This document shows, piece after piece, positions 10,675 through 22,302 of a stretch of 64,000 nucleotides of DNA. The notes under the pieces were generated by a model. That model was not told where the DNA came from, ran no database searches, and was given only the letters and a program-made list of their open reading frames with translations. Each line of letters opens with the position of its first letter. Position 1 is the first letter of the stretch. The position numbers and the translations under genes were made by a program. The stretch spans positions 20,297-84,296 of the forward strand of contig JBBIJY010000014.1 of assembly GCA_037445735.1 (NCBI GenBank), written 5' to 3'. This stretch comes from Armatimonadota bacterium (GTDB lineage: Bacteria; Armatimonadota; Fimbriimonadia; Fimbriimonadales; GBS-DC).

Positions 10675-11340
10675 CTAATCCCCGCAACGAATAGTAAGAT
10701 GGAGCAGGGGTTCATCGGGGAATACTCTGTGAGCTGGAGCACGCGATTCCAGAAACAGGTCGCAATAGGCGGTTTTGAGCGTGTTGAAGTCGCGCTCGGT
10801 GATTTGCAGTGGGATGCCCGAAGTGAAGGTGGGGTACATCATATCGGCAGGGTTGTCGCTGTGCCCGCCGATGCCCAGCGCGTGCCCGAACTCGTGCGCC
10901 GCCACGCTCCGTATATCCACCGCGCTGTTGCCCTTAACGCCAATCGAAACCTCCGCCCGCACCAGCAAGCCGTTGGAACGATAGGTGTATCGGGTCAAGC
11001 CGTCGCGCGTGCCGGGATTAAAGCGTACCACCACCTGCGCATTTTCAGTGCTCTCCACCACCACATAGCGGATTCTCAGCCCGCTATACTCCACCCACTG
11101 GTCGAACCCCTCCTGTGCGATCGCCTGACGGACAGGCGTGTAGCTCTCATCTTTGACGAAGGCGACGCTGATGGGAAAGCCGTTCCAGTGCAGTAACCGC
11201 TCCAGTTTCGGCACATAGTTCGGCGTGAAAGTCTCGGCGGTGCAGACCGCCTGTTGACCTGTCTGCACCCCACCACACGCGCCAAGACCAAGTGCCAGCG
11301 CGACCAGCAGCCCATAAAGCCATCGCTTCTGCATCGGCAT
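10675..11340 (-). CDS. Matrixin-family (metzincin) metalloprotease, predicted lipoprotein
   Basis: Lipobox [17 protein letters not shown] zinc motif and Met-turn DMMYP; GAGGTG RBS before ATG 11340. Confidence 0.85.
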   Translation of the reverse strand: MPMQKRWLYGLLVALALGLGACGGVQTGQQAVCTAETFTPNYVPKLERLLHWNGFPISVAFVKDESYTPVRQAIAQEGFDQWVEYSGLRIRYVVVESTENAQVVVRFNPGTRDGLTRYTYRSNGLLVRAEVSIGVKGNSAVDIRSVAAHEFGHALGIGGHSDNPADMMYPTFTSGIPLQITERDFNTLKTAYCDLFLESRAPAHRVFPDEPLLHLTIRCGD

Positions 11341-11400
11341 CTCACCTCTCATTTTGGGCATCAGGACAGGTATAATGTACCCTACAGGGAGGCGAAAGCG

Positions 11401-11615
11401 ATGAAATCGGGCATCCATCCGAAGTATGTGATGGCGACGGTTCACTGCGCGTGTGGCAACACCTTCCAGACGCTATCGACGAAAGAGGAGATACGGCTGG
11501 AGGTGTGTGCGGCGTGCCATCCCGTGTTTACGGGCGAGGGCACGCGCCGCGTGGTGGACACCGAAGGGCGCGTGGAGCGCTTCATGCGCAAATATCAAAA
11601 CTACGGGAAGCAGGG

Positions 11616-11619
<4 letters not shown>
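11401..11619 (+). CDS. rpmE: 50S ribosomal protein L31 (zinc-binding type)
   Basis: MKSGIHPKY...CACGN...[12 protein letters not shown]...[16 protein letters not shown] at 11371 and GGAGG RBS. Confidence 0.95.
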
Positions 11620-12602
<983 letters not shown>

Positions 12603-13348
12603 GGCGCTGTTCCGCGTCGGGTTCCGAGAAGATGTGGTCGGCGTCGGGGATAGGACGGAACTCGAACGGGCGCGCCTGCCCGAAGGCGCTCTCATAGGCG
12701 CGACCCTCCTGGGGGCTGACGGCGGTATCCGCCGTGCCGTGCAGCACCAGCACCGCGCCCCTGTATGTCCGCACCGCCTCCAGCGGCTTCAGTTCGGGCA
12801 ACTCCTTATAGAACGCGACGCCCACACGATTGCCCCCGATATTGACGGTCTTATCGGGCACGCCCGCTGGCGGCATCCAGCGCATCGGGTTCGACACGGG
12901 CGCCCACAGCACAACGGCTTTAATGTCGCCCGCGCGGGGCAGGCAGAGCGCCGCCACGCACCCACCCAGTGAGAAGCCCAGCAGCCCGATTCGGGCGGTG
13001 TCCACGCGCCGCTGCGCCCGCAGGAACGCCAGCGCGTTCAGCGCGTCCTCCACCTCGCCCCGAATCGTCATCTGCTCGAACTCGCCCTCGCTATCGCCCG
13101 AACCGAGAAAATCGAAGCGCAAGGCGATGAAACCCGCTGTCGTGAGGCGCCGCGCCGTCTGCACAAACAGCCGATGGGTCTCCGCTTTGTTCCCTGTGAA
13201 GCCGTGTAGCATCAACACCGCAGGCGCGCGTCGGCGTCCATCGGGCAGATGGAGCACGCTTGCCATCCGCTGACCCCGACTGGCTATCCACAGCAACCGC
13301 TCGTCCATCCCATGCAGGATACCTTCCCGCACCCTCTCAATCAACCCG

Positions 13349-13498
13349 TTTCCTTCCGGGGTAAGAGCGTTCGTTCAGCCCGCTCCCCGCGCTTCAGGTC
13401 GTGCAGCGGGCACCTCCTCACGAGGACACTCGCGTGTGTCCACTCATGTGGTAGCCGCACCCCCGCCCTTAGACCGCCTGTTTTACCTGCAGGAGAAG
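13349..13498 (-). ncRNA. Candidate structured RNA (possibly 6S-like or a leader); strand and ends uncertain
   Basis: Non-coding gap with complementary termini and three internal hairpins (13378-13411, 13416-13425, 13424-13441). Confidence 0.3.
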
Positions 13499-13525
13499 CT
13501 GTACCCTCCGCGAATCGGACCTTTG

Positions 13526-16500
13526 ATGAATTCACAGCGTGCAGGCAGCAACCTTCGGCAGCATGCGCGGTTCACATGGCAATGGGGTATGGGTTTGTTG
13601 ATAGGGGCTATCGCTCAGGTTCAGCCGCCTCCGCCCGCCGACTGGCAGCCCGGCGAGGGGCAGACCTTCACCCGACACGAGGTGTTCATCGAGACCCGCT
13701 CCAGCGAGCTGCCCAATCAGCCGCCGATGCTGACCCGTTTTGACCGAATCGTGCTGGGCGTGAAGGGCACGGGCAACGATATGAGCTGGTGGCGCAACAC
13801 GCGCCTGAAGCTTCAGCCGAACCGCGCCTATGCCGTCGAGTTCTGGCTGAAGGGCAGCGGCAACGGCGTCTGCGCCATCACAGGCACCAGCACGGTCAAT
13901 CGCGACATGACGCCGCCTGCCGACTGGGAGCGACGCCAGTTCATCTTCCGCACGCCCGCCGACACGCGCGACACCTTCCTGCGCTTCGGGCAGTGGCACT
14001 GGAACGGCGAGGTTCTGTTCGACCGCATCGTGCTGATGCCTGTGGAGATTGTGCATGCGGCGCTGGGCGAGGGCGAAACGGTGCGCGACGGGCGCTATCG
14101 CTTCGTCTCCCGCTATGACCAGCGGCTGTCCAACGCGCAGGCGCCCCTGCAACGCTTCACCGCCTTCTTCAACACCAACCGCTGGGTGTTCAGCCCGAAT
14201 CAGGAGGTGGTCTACCGCCATCAGGCAGCCCGATACACCATGCGGAGCGCGACGCTCTGGCTGAATGTGCCGTTTGAGCAGGGCGGTCGGCTGAGCGTTC
14301 AGGCGGGGCGCGAGGACGGCAACTGGCGCATCGTGGGCACGATCAGCGGGCGTGGCGAGCATCGAATCGAGCTGCCCGCCGAACTGTTTCCGACGCCCCT
14401 GCTGTTTGTTCGCCTGCTAACGCAGGAGGGCGGCACAATCCAGGTAGACCGCTATGTGCTGGAGGCGGAGCTGGAGGGCGCGGGACGCGCCACGCTCACG
14501 GGCAAAAGCCTCGTGCTGTTCCCCACGGTTCAGAACCGCCTGCTGACCGTCACTGACCTCCGGCTGGAACGCGATGGCAGCGGGCAGTGGTGGCTGACGG
14601 GTACTGCCACCAGCGCAGGGACGCAACCCCTGCGTGTGGAGCCGTATGTCGGCACGGAACGCGCCGCCATGCTCACGCTCCCACCGAACAAGCCCATGCC
14701 CATTCGCTTCCGGCTGCCGCCAGCGCGGCTGGAAACGATCCAGCTGGAGCTGGGCTTGCGGCGCGAGCGTGGTAGACCGCTCTGGCAGGTGAAGCTTGAG
14801 CTGGAGCCGAGCATTCTGGGCGCGGCGCACTACGGCTATCGGCTGGCGGGCACGCCTGCCGAGCTGGGCGTCTGGTGGTGCGAGTGGGGCTGGAAGGTGG
14901 GACGCGAGCGTCCCCTGCCCGATGCGACCGCCCGCGCCGTGCGCCTGAGCGCCGCACGCGGCGAGTATGAACCCGTGCAGATCGTTCTGCGCCCCCGCAG
15001 GGATACAACCCTCCAGCGCGTGGAGATCGGCGATCTCACGCGCGGCAAGAATCGGCTCCCTGCGAAGCAGCTCACCCTGCGCGAGGTTGCCTATGTGCGC
15101 GTGGAGCATCCGACCGACGGGCTGGGCGAGCCAGGCGACTATCCGGACCCGCTGCCACCGCTCAAAACACCCCTGCGCCTGACGGCGGAGCGCAATCAGC
15201 CGCTCTGGTTCACCGTCTATGTGCCCTACGGCACGCCTGCAGGCGACTACAGGGGCACGCTCCGCCTCATCACCGACAGGGGCACAGCAACCATCCCTCT
15301 GCAGCTGACCGTTTATGACTTTGACCTGCCGCGCACGCCTACCCTGCGCAGCGGGTTCGGCATCGATGCCCGACGCATCGAGCAGTATCACAAGCCGCGC
15401 ACTGAAGCCGAGAAGCGCGAGCTGTGGGATCGCTATATGCGCTGTTTTCGGGAGCATCGGCTCGTGCCCTACAGCTTCTATGCCTATGACCCGTACGAGG
15501 TGCGCTTCGAGGGCGAGGGCGACGGGCGGCGCGTGGTGCTGGACTTCACGCGCTTCGACCGCGCCGCCCGGCGCTACCTGGACGAGTTCGGCTTCAACGC
15601 CTTCGTGCTGCCCATTCACGGCTTGCCTGGCGGACGCCACCCGAACTATTCGCCGGGCGAGTTCGGTGGCTTTCGGGAGGGCACGCCCGACTATGAGCGA
15701 CTCTGGAGCGACTACCTGCGCCAGCTGGAGGCACACCTGCGCGAGCGCGGCTGGCTCAAAAAAGCCTATCTCTACTGGTTCGACGAACCCGAAACCGCCG
15801 ACTATGCTTTCGTGCGGCGCGTGAACGAGAAGATCAAGCGTGTCGCGCCCGGTCTCACGCGCATGCTGACGGAACAGCCCGAAGAGGCACTGATGGGCGC
15901 GGTCGATCTGTGGTGCCCGCTGACCGCCTTCGTGCATCCCGAATCGATTCGGGAGCGGCGTCGGGCGGGCGAGGAGATCTGGTGGTATGTCTGCACGGGT
16001 CCACGCGCGCCCTACGCCACGCTCTTTATCGACCATCCGGGCACCGAGATGCGCGTCTGGCTCTGGCAGACATGGCAATATGGCGTGCAGGGGGTTCTCA
16101 TCTGGCAGACCACATGGTGGCATAACGAGTTCGCCTATCCCGACAGGTTACAGGACCCGTGGCAGGACCCGATGAGCTATGTGTGGGACGCGAGCCTGAA
16201 GCCGGGCACGCGCCTGTTCTGGGGCAACGGTGACGGGCGACTGCTCTATCCGCCGCGCCGCGACCCCAACCGCGCGAGCGAACCCGCGATTGAAGACCCC
16301 ATCCCCTCCATCCGCTGGGAGTGCCTGCGCGACGGCGCGGAGGATTATGAATATTTTGCTCTGCTGGAGCGGCTCTGCGACGCGCTGGAGCGCCGGGGCG
16401 CACCCGCGGAGCTGGTTCAGGAGGCGCGGTCGCTCTTACAGGTTCCGCCCGATGTGTCGCGCAGCCTGACCGAGTTCACCTGCGACCCGCGCCCGCTTCT

Positions 16501-16558
16501 TCGCCACCGCGACCGCCTCGCCCGAATGATTGAACGGTTGCAGGCGATTGTGAGCTAA
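13526..16558 (+). CDS. Large secreted glycoside-hydrolase-like protein (DUF4091/GH123-like C-terminus); start uncertain
   Basis: AARGEYEPVQI, YPDPLPP, YWFDEP, WWYVC, GDGRLLYP, PSIRWECLRDGAEDYEY. Confidence 0.75.
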   Translation: MNSQRAGSNLRQHARFTWQWGMGLLIGAIAQVQPPPPADWQPGEGQTFTRHEVFIETRSSELPNQPPMLTRFDRIVLGVKGTGNDMSWWRNTRLKLQPNRAYAVEFWLKGSGNGVCAITGTSTVNRDMTPPADWERRQFIFRTPADTRDTFLRFGQWHWNGEVLFDRIVLMPVEIVHAALGEGETVRDGRYRFVSRYDQRLSNAQAPLQRFTAFFNTNRWVFSPNQEVVYRHQAARYTMRSATLWLNVPFEQGGRLSVQAGREDGNWRIVGTISGRGEHRIELPAELFPTPLLFVRLLTQEGGTIQVDRYVLEAELEGAGRATLTGKSLVLFPTVQNRLLTVTDLRLERDGSGQWWLTGTATSAGTQPLRVEPYVGTERAAMLTLPPNKPMPIRFRLPPARLETIQLELGLRRERGRPLWQVKLELEPSILGAAHYGYRLAGTPAELGVWWCEWGWKVGRERPLPDATARAVRLSAARGEYEPVQIVLRPRRDTTLQRVEIGDLTRGKNRLPAKQLTLREVAYVRVEHPTDGLGEPGDYPDPLPPLKTPLRLTAERNQPLWFTVYVPYGTPAGDYRGTLRLITDRGTATIPLQLTVYDFDLPRTPTLRSGFGIDARRIEQYHKPRTEAEKRELWDRYMRCFREHRLVPYSFYAYDPYEVRFEGEGDGRRVVLDFTRFDRAARRYLDEFGFNAFVLPIHGLPGGRHPNYSPGEFGGFREGTPDYERLWSDYLRQLEAHLRERGWLKKAYLYWFDEPETADYAFVRRVNEKIKRVAPGLTRMLTEQPEEALMGAVDLWCPLTAFVHPESIRERRRAGEEIWWYVCTGPRAPYATLFIDHPGTEMRVWLWQTWQYGVQGVLIWQTTWWHNEFAYPDRLQDPWQDPMSYVWDASLKPGTRLFWGNGDGRLLYPPRRDPNRASEPAIEDPIPSIRWECLRDGAEDYEYFALLERLCDALERRGAPAELVQEARSLLQVPPDVSRSLTEFTCDPRPLLRHRDRLARMIERLQAIVS

Positions 16559-16567
16559 GCGTTTTAC

Positions 16568-18034
16568 TCACTCACCCAGTCGTTTCAGGTTGGCGCGAGC
16601 CTCTTCGAAGCGGGCGTCGAGGGCGAGCGCCTGGCGATACATCGTTCTGGCTTTCGCGATGTCGCCTTTGCGTTCATAGGCGGCGCCGAGGTTATTGAGC
16701 GCGACGGGCGATTTCGGGTTCAGGCTCACTGCCTTCTCCAGCGCCCGGATTGCCTCGTTCACACGATTGGTGCGCAACAGCACCAGTCCCAGGTTGTTCC
16801 AGGCGACATCGGAGCGGTCGTTGATTTGAATCGCGGCGCGATACTGGGCTTCGGCGCCTTTGAGGTCGCCCGATTCCATCAGCAGGTCGCCCAGCGCGAG
16901 TCGGGCTTCGAACTGCTGGGGGTTCGCCGCCAGCACCTGCCGATAGAGGCGCATCGCCTCCTCTTTCTGACCCTTGAGCCGTCGGGCAGTTGCCAGATTG
17001 AGGCGGGCATCGTTCAGCTTCGGGTTGCGCTCTAAAGCGGTCTCCAGCGTGGCGATGGCGTCGTCGAGCCGTCGCTGGCGCAGGTAGACGAAGCCGAGCT
17101 GCGCCAGCGCGTCGGTGTCGTCGGGGCGCAGGTTCAGCGTGTTCTGCAGGGCGCTCGCCGCGGCGCTCAGGTCGCCCCGCTGAAGGTACAGCACGCCCAG
17201 ATTATAGTGCAGATCGGGCTGGCTGGGATTGAGCGATATCGCCTTCTGCAGGGTCTGGATTGCCTTCGGCACCTGGTTGGTGCGCGTGTAGCACTCGGCG
17301 AGTTTGAGCCAGCCCGCCGAATCGCTGGGCAGTTTCGGCATCACACGCTCCAGCTCCGTCGCCGCCTCCTTGAAGCGCCGGAGTTCCGCCAGTGCCAGCG
17401 CGTAGTTATAACGGAAAGTGTGATTGCCCGGCTCCAGCTCAACTGCCTTGCGGTACATCTCCAGCGCACGGCTGGGCAACCGCTGCATCTGATACACATA
17501 GCCCAGATTGTTATAGGCGTTCGCATCGCGCGGCTGGAGCTTAATCGCCTGCTGATAATGCTGAATCGCCAGCTGGTACTGCTTCGTTTTGGTGTACAGG
17601 TTGGCAATATTGTAGTGCGCATCGGCGGAGTTCGGCTTGAGTTCCAGCGTCTTTTTATAGGCGTTAATGGCTTTCTCGATTTGACCTGTGTGCAGGTAGG
17701 CATTCCCGAGGTTGTTCCAGGCTTCCGCGCTGTTAGGAGTCAGTTGCACCGCCTTCTCCAGCACGGGCACCGCTTCGGCAGGCTTGCCCGCTTTCAAATA
17801 GAGGTAACCGAGCCAGTTGGCGACCGTCTTGTTCTGCGGCGCCCGCTGATAGAGCGCTTCAAACGCCTCAATCGCCTCCTGAATCTTGCCCTGATTGGCT
17901 AACTTGATCGCTTCGCCGACGCTGATCTGGTTCTCACGGGTGGCAGACTCCTGCGCGGAACCTGCGAGCGAGAGCGTGAAGCCACCCATAAGCAATAGAA
18001 CTGCAACACTCCAACCCCAGACACTGGCTCGCAT
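16568..18034 (-). CDS. Secreted tetratricopeptide-repeat protein
   Basis: Signal peptide followed by many TPR units (AWNNLG, AHYNIA, LHYNLG); AGGAGG RBS. Confidence 0.85.
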   Translation of the reverse strand: MRASVWGWSVAVLLLMGGFTLSLAGSAQESATRENQISVGEAIKLANQGKIQEAIEAFEALYQRAPQNKTVANWLGYLYLKAGKPAEAVPVLEKAVQLTPNSAEAWNNLGNAYLHTGQIEKAINAYKKTLELKPNSADAHYNIANLYTKTKQYQLAIQHYQQAIKLQPRDANAYNNLGYVYQMQRLPSRALEMYRKAVELEPGNHTFRYNYALALAELRRFKEAATELERVMPKLPSDSAGWLKLAECYTRTNQVPKAIQTLQKAISLNPSQPDLHYNLGVLYLQRGDLSAAASALQNTLNLRPDDTDALAQLGFVYLRQRRLDDAIATLETALERNPKLNDARLNLATARRLKGQKEEAMRLYRQVLAANPQQFEARLALGDLLMESGDLKGAEAQYRAAIQINDRSDVAWNNLGLVLLRTNRVNEAIRALEKAVSLNPKSPVALNNLGAAYERKGDIAKARTMYRQALALDARFEEARANLKRLGE

Positions 18035-18095
18035 CTGAAAATCCTCCTGATCCTGTGGTGTTTGGACGGATTGAATTATACCCCTGTTCCGAGCG

Positions 18096-19031
18096 TCAGG
18101 GATAGACGACGATTTCCTCGCTGGTGTGGCTTCGGGCGCGGGCGAGGTAGCCTGTGCCGTCGGGCGTGCGCTCCCTGTGCGCCACGATGGACGACACACC
18201 TTCGGCGGACACATCGAACAGTTGCCCCACACCCATCGGGTTGACGCCTATCAGTTGAGGATGTCGCTGTGCGGCGGCGAGCAACCCATTCTCCCACGAT
18301 TCGCGCTGTTCTCGGGTCCATGGCAGCGGGTTAAAGGAGGGTTGAGTAATGATGGGCACGCCCCGCTTGACCAGTGCGTCCACCAGCTCGTGGAAGAAGG
18401 CGTCGTAGCAGATCAGCACGCCGACTTTGCCAGCGGGGGTCTCAAACGGTTCGAGCTGGTCGCGTGGCGCAGGGCACAGGTTCAGACCCGCCTCCTGCTC
18501 CAGCGGCACAAGGTTCACCTTGCGCTGGATGAGAATCCGTTCGCCCGATGGGTTATACACATAGCAGGTGTTGAACACGCAGTCGCCGCTGGCGATGGGC
18601 GCACTGCCCGCCACCAGGTAGCAGTGATAGGCGCGCGCCGCTTCCGAAAAGGTTTCGTGATAGACCCGCTCCACAAAGGGGCTGAGATGCGCCAGCAGTT
18701 TACGCACGGCGGTCGCGAAGGCGTTCGGCTGCCGTCCCAGCTCGCGGTCGCTGTAAGGGCTGATGCGGTACTTTTCCATCAGGCGGGCGCCCGCCTCCAC
18801 CATCGTCTTGCTGGTACGCACCCGCTCAAAATCCTGAGTAAACAGCAGTCCCAGCCCCACATCTTCGGGGAAGACCACCAGCAACAGCTTCTGCGGCACG
18901 CGCTGGCGAGCCGCGCTGGTCAGCTCCAGCACGCGCTTGCGAAATGCCTCCCGACTGCTGTAATCGTCCAGCTTATACGCCATCTGAATCGCGGCAAACC
19001 CTGTATCGTTCATCCATCGCCTCACTAACAT
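18096..19031 (-). CDS. Carbon-nitrogen hydrolase (nitrilase superfamily)
   Basis: VVFPE, RKVNL, GVLICYD catalytic E-K-C. Confidence 0.85.
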   Translation of the reverse strand: MLVRRWMNDTGFAAIQMAYKLDDYSSREAFRKRVLELTSAARQRVPQKLLLVVFPEDVGLGLLFTQDFERVRTSKTMVEAGARLMEKYRISPYSDRELGRQPNAFATAVRKLLAHLSPFVERVYHETFSEAARAYHCYLVAGSAPIASGDCVFNTCYVYNPSGERILIQRKVNLVPLEQEAGLNLCPAPRDQLEPFETPAGKVGVLICYDAFFHELVDALVKRGVPIITQPSFNPLPWTREQRESWENGLLAAAQRHPQLIGVNPMGVGQLFDVSAEGVSSIVAHRERTPDGTGYLARARSHTSEEIVVYP

Positions 19032-19032
19032 G

Positions 19033-20280
19033 TTATTCTACCTCTGTTGCAGTTGTTTTGCGTTCGCTGGGCGTGCGTTGCAGGAAACAGAGGATAAAGC
19101 GCGTGCCCTTGCCTGGCTCCGTTTCCACATGGATGTGCCCGCCCATCTGCTGGACGATGCCGTGCACGGCAGCCAGCCCCAGCCCTGTGCCCTGCCCGAA
19201 CGGCTTGGTGGTGAAAAACGGCTCAAAGATATGGGGCAGCACTTCAGGCGGAATGCCGCTGCCAGTGTCCACCACTTCCAGAATCACCCGTGCCTGACCG
19301 CTGCCGTTGCTGGTGCTGTCGCTTTCGCAGTAGCAGCGCTGACGGCGGTAGAGGCGGATGGTCAGCACGCCGCCTCTGGGCATCGCATCCCGCGCGTTGG
19401 TCACCAGATTGAGCAGCACCTGCGTCATCTGGTCAGGGTCGGCATAGAGCGTGCCCACTTTCGGTTCGATATCGAACATCAAGCGGATATTATCGGGCAG
19501 CAGTCGCTGGAGCATATCGCTGATTTCGGTCAGCCAGCGGGCGATATCGAGGGGCACCGGCTGCGCGATCTGGCGGCGGGCATAAGCCAGCAGCTGGCGC
19601 ACCAGCCCGGCAGCGCGCTCGCTCGCTTTCATCACCCCTTCCAGATAGCGGCGCACGCGCTCGTCGCTCGTGTGCTCCAGCGCCAGCTCCGCATAGCCCA
19701 TAATCGCCGTGAGCAGATTATTGAAATCGTGCGCCACACCGCCCGCCAGCCGCCCGATGCTCTCCAGCCGCTGAACCGCTGCCAGCTCCTCCTGAAGGCG
19801 TCGCAGCTCGGTGATGTCCGTCTGCACGCCCCACGCCCGCACGAGATACCCGTTTTCGACCACGCCCACCGCGCTATTCAGAAACCGTCGCTCCCTGCCG
19901 TCCCGATCCCGCTCCACGGTCTCCACATTCTCCAGGCGATAACCGTTCTGCACGAACTGGCGTAGCATCGCCTCATTCAGCGGATGCCCTGCCACCAGGC
20001 GGTCGCTCAGGCGCGTGCCGATAATCGGGGCTGGATCATCATAGCCATACATGCGGGCATAGGCGGGATTACATTCTGCCAGATAGCCGTAGCGCCAGAT
20101 CCACTCTATCTGTTCCTCCACTGGCAGGTCAATCGGGATGGGGCGTTCGGTTTCATAGCACCAGATGCCCTCATTTGCCAGCAGCAGGAAGGTGCGGTAT
20201 CGCGCCACCTGCTGCTCCAGCTCCGCAATGCGGGCAAGCAGTTGTTGCCGCTCCACTTGCTGCTTCCGCTGAGAGCGCAT
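19033..20280 (-). CDS. PAS-domain sensor histidine kinase
   Basis: AHDFNNLL H-box, NLVTNARDAM, DTGSGI, FFTTK, GTGLGL. Confidence 0.9.
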   Translation of the reverse strand: MRSQRKQQVERQQLLARIAELEQQVARYRTFLLLANEGIWCYETERPIPIDLPVEEQIEWIWRYGYLAECNPAYARMYGYDDPAPIIGTRLSDRLVAGHPLNEAMLRQFVQNGYRLENVETVERDRDGRERRFLNSAVGVVENGYLVRAWGVQTDITELRRLQEELAAVQRLESIGRLAGGVAHDFNNLLTAIMGYAELALEHTSDERVRRYLEGVMKASERAAGLVRQLLAYARRQIAQPVPLDIARWLTEISDMLQRLLPDNIRLMFDIEPKVGTLYADPDQMTQVLLNLVTNARDAMPRGGVLTIRLYRRQRCYCESDSTSNGSGQARVILEVVDTGSGIPPEVLPHIFEPFFTTKPFGQGTGLGLAAVHGIVQQMGGHIHVETEPGKGTRFILCFLQRTPSERKTTATEVE

Positions 20281-20338
20281 GGCTGTGCCTGAAGAGTTAG
20301 ATTCGCGTTTTCGCCTGAAGTTCCTGCCCTGACGCGGA

Positions 20339-22282
20339 CTATCGCCAGCCATACACGAACGCAGCAATCAGCAGCAGGCACGCACCCAGCATCATCACGA
20401 GCGCATACATGCGCACGGAACCACTCTGCAACCGCCGCACCATGCCGCCCATCGCGCGTGTCAGCCCCCCGGCTAAATTGACCAGCCCATCAATCAGCCC
20501 CTCGACAAGGGTGCTGATAACCCATGCCCATGCGCCACCGAACTGGACGCCCAGCCAGCGCATCGCGCCGTCATAGCCCCACTGCCGATACAGCACGCCC
20601 CACAGCCCCTGCAACTGCGCCTCCTTTGCGGGCATGCCCGACCGATAGCGCGCGATGCCCAGCGCCAGCCCCAGGAATGCCGCCAGCAGCGCAGATGCCA
20701 GCACCAGCGTCTTGCCGCTCTCACCCGCATCCTGCGCGAAGGCACTGGTCGGCTCCGCCGACGGCTTCAAAAACTCATGAATCGCATGCTCGCCTGGCAG
20801 CAGCCAGCCGAACAGCAACGAACCTGCCGCCAGCACAATCAGCACGCCCAGCACCACCCGGTATCGCTCCCGCTCCGGCGGATGGTGCTGAATCTTAGCG
20901 GTCGGTGGCGCAAAAAAGACCAGCCACACCAGCCGCGTCATGTAGAGCGCGGTCAGAAACGCCGTACCGATGCCGATCCAGAACAGCGCAGGCGCGCCGC
21001 CCCGATACGCGCTCAACAGAATCGCCTCTTTCGACCAGTAGCCCGAAAAGGGCGGAAAGCCGCTGATTGCCAGCAAGCCGACCACCATCGTTGCAGCCGT
21101 CAGGGGCAGGTAGCGGCGCAGACCGCCCATCTCCCGAATATCGCCCCGATGATGGAGCGCGATCAGCACCGACCCTGCGCCCAGAAAGAGCAGCGCCTTG
21201 AAAAACGCATGCGTCGCCACATGGAACATCCCGACCCAGAACGCGCCCATCCCACACGCCAGAAACATATAGCCCAGCTGGCTGACGGTGGAGAACGCCA
21301 GCACGCGCTTGATGTCGGTCTGACCCAGCGCGACGCTGGCAGCAAAAATCGCCGTGAACGCGCCCACCAATGCGACCATTAGCATCGCAGCGGGCGCAAG
21401 CACAAACAGCGGATGCACCCGCGTGAGCAGATAGACGCCCGCCGTGACCATCGTCGCCGCGTGAATCAGCGCGGAGACGGGCGTCGGACCCGCCATCGCG
21501 TCAGGGAGCCAGAAATAGAGCGGCAACTGCGCCGATTTGCCCGTCGCCGCCAGAAACAGCAGCAGCGCCACCGTCGTCGCCAGCCCCGTGCCCACGCCCA
21601 GCACCGCCTCCGCCCGCGCGTTCACCTGCTCAAACGACAGCGTGCCAAACTGCACCGCAATCATAAACATCGCCAGCAGAAAGCCCAGATCACCAATACG
21701 GTTCACAATAAACGCCTTGTTCGCCGAATCGGTGTTGTATTTCCAGTCCGCGTTCCGATAAAAGTAGCCAATCAGCAGGTAGCTGCACAGCCCCACGCCC
21801 TCCCAGCCGATGAACATCACCAGAAAGTTGCCCGCCAGCACCAGCACCAGCATAAAGAAGATGAACAGGTTGAAATAGGTGAAAAAGCGCGGATAATCTT
21901 CGTCCTCTGCCATGTAGCCCGTCGCGTAAAGGTGGATCAGCCCGCCGATGCCGGACACAATCAGGCACATCAGCACCGAAAGCGGGTCAATAACGAACTC
22001 GAACGGAACCCTGAGCTGTCCGACGGTGAGCCAGTCGGCAAGGGTGTGGATGGCTTTGCGCGATTCTTCGGGCAGCTTCAGGAGCGCCTGCAGAAGTTGC
22101 AGGCTGAACCCGAAGGCGGCGAACACCACGCCCGTGCCGACTGCGCCCACCAGCCATTTGCCGGCGCGGGCGCCCAGCCAGCGGATGAGCGCCCCGCCGA
22201 ACAGTGCGTGGAACAGAAAGCCTGCAAATGGCAGACCCAGAATCAGCAGAACCTTCTCCGTCGGTAGTAGATGGGTCTCCAT
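20339..22282 (-). CDS. nuoL: NADH-quinone oxidoreductase subunit L
   Basis: IHLYATGYM, GWEGVGLCSYLLIG, NRIGD, GKSAQLPL..WLPDAMAGPTPVSALIHAATMV, HAFFKALLFL. Confidence 0.9.
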   Translation of the reverse strand: METHLLPTEKVLLILGLPFAGFLFHALFGGALIRWLGARAGKWLVGAVGTGVVFAAFGFSLQLLQALLKLPEESRKAIHTLADWLTVGQLRVPFEFVIDPLSVLMCLIVSGIGGLIHLYATGYMAEDEDYPRFFTYFNLFIFFMLVLVLAGNFLVMFIGWEGVGLCSYLLIGYFYRNADWKYNTDSANKAFIVNRIGDLGFLLAMFMIAVQFGTLSFEQVNARAEAVLGVGTGLATTVALLLFLAATGKSAQLPLYFWLPDAMAGPTPVSALIHAATMVTAGVYLLTRVHPLFVLAPAAMLMVALVGAFTAIFAASVALGQTDIKRVLAFSTVSQLGYMFLACGMGAFWVGMFHVATHAFFKALLFLGAGSVLIALHHRGDIREMGGLRRYLPLTAATMVVGLLAISGFPPFSGYWSKEAILLSAYRGGAPALFWIGIGTAFLTALYMTRLVWLVFFAPPTAKIQHHPPERERYRVVLGVLIVLAAGSLLFGWLLPGEHAIHEFLKPSAEPTSAFAQDAGESGKTLVLASALLAAFLGLALGIARYRSGMPAKEAQLQGLWGVLYRQWGYDGAMRWLGVQFGGAWAWVISTLVEGLIDGLVNLAGGLTRAMGGMVRRLQSGSVRMYALVMMLGACLLLIAAFVYGWR

Positions 22283-22302
22283 CGCTCACGCCTCAGCTCG
22301 AC

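Noticed and set aside
14417-16123. Long antisense ORFs (also 32097..33815, 34400..35644, 53960..55417, 61209..62444)
   Set aside because: Shadow frames opposite well-supported genes in high-GC DNA, with no recognisable motifs.
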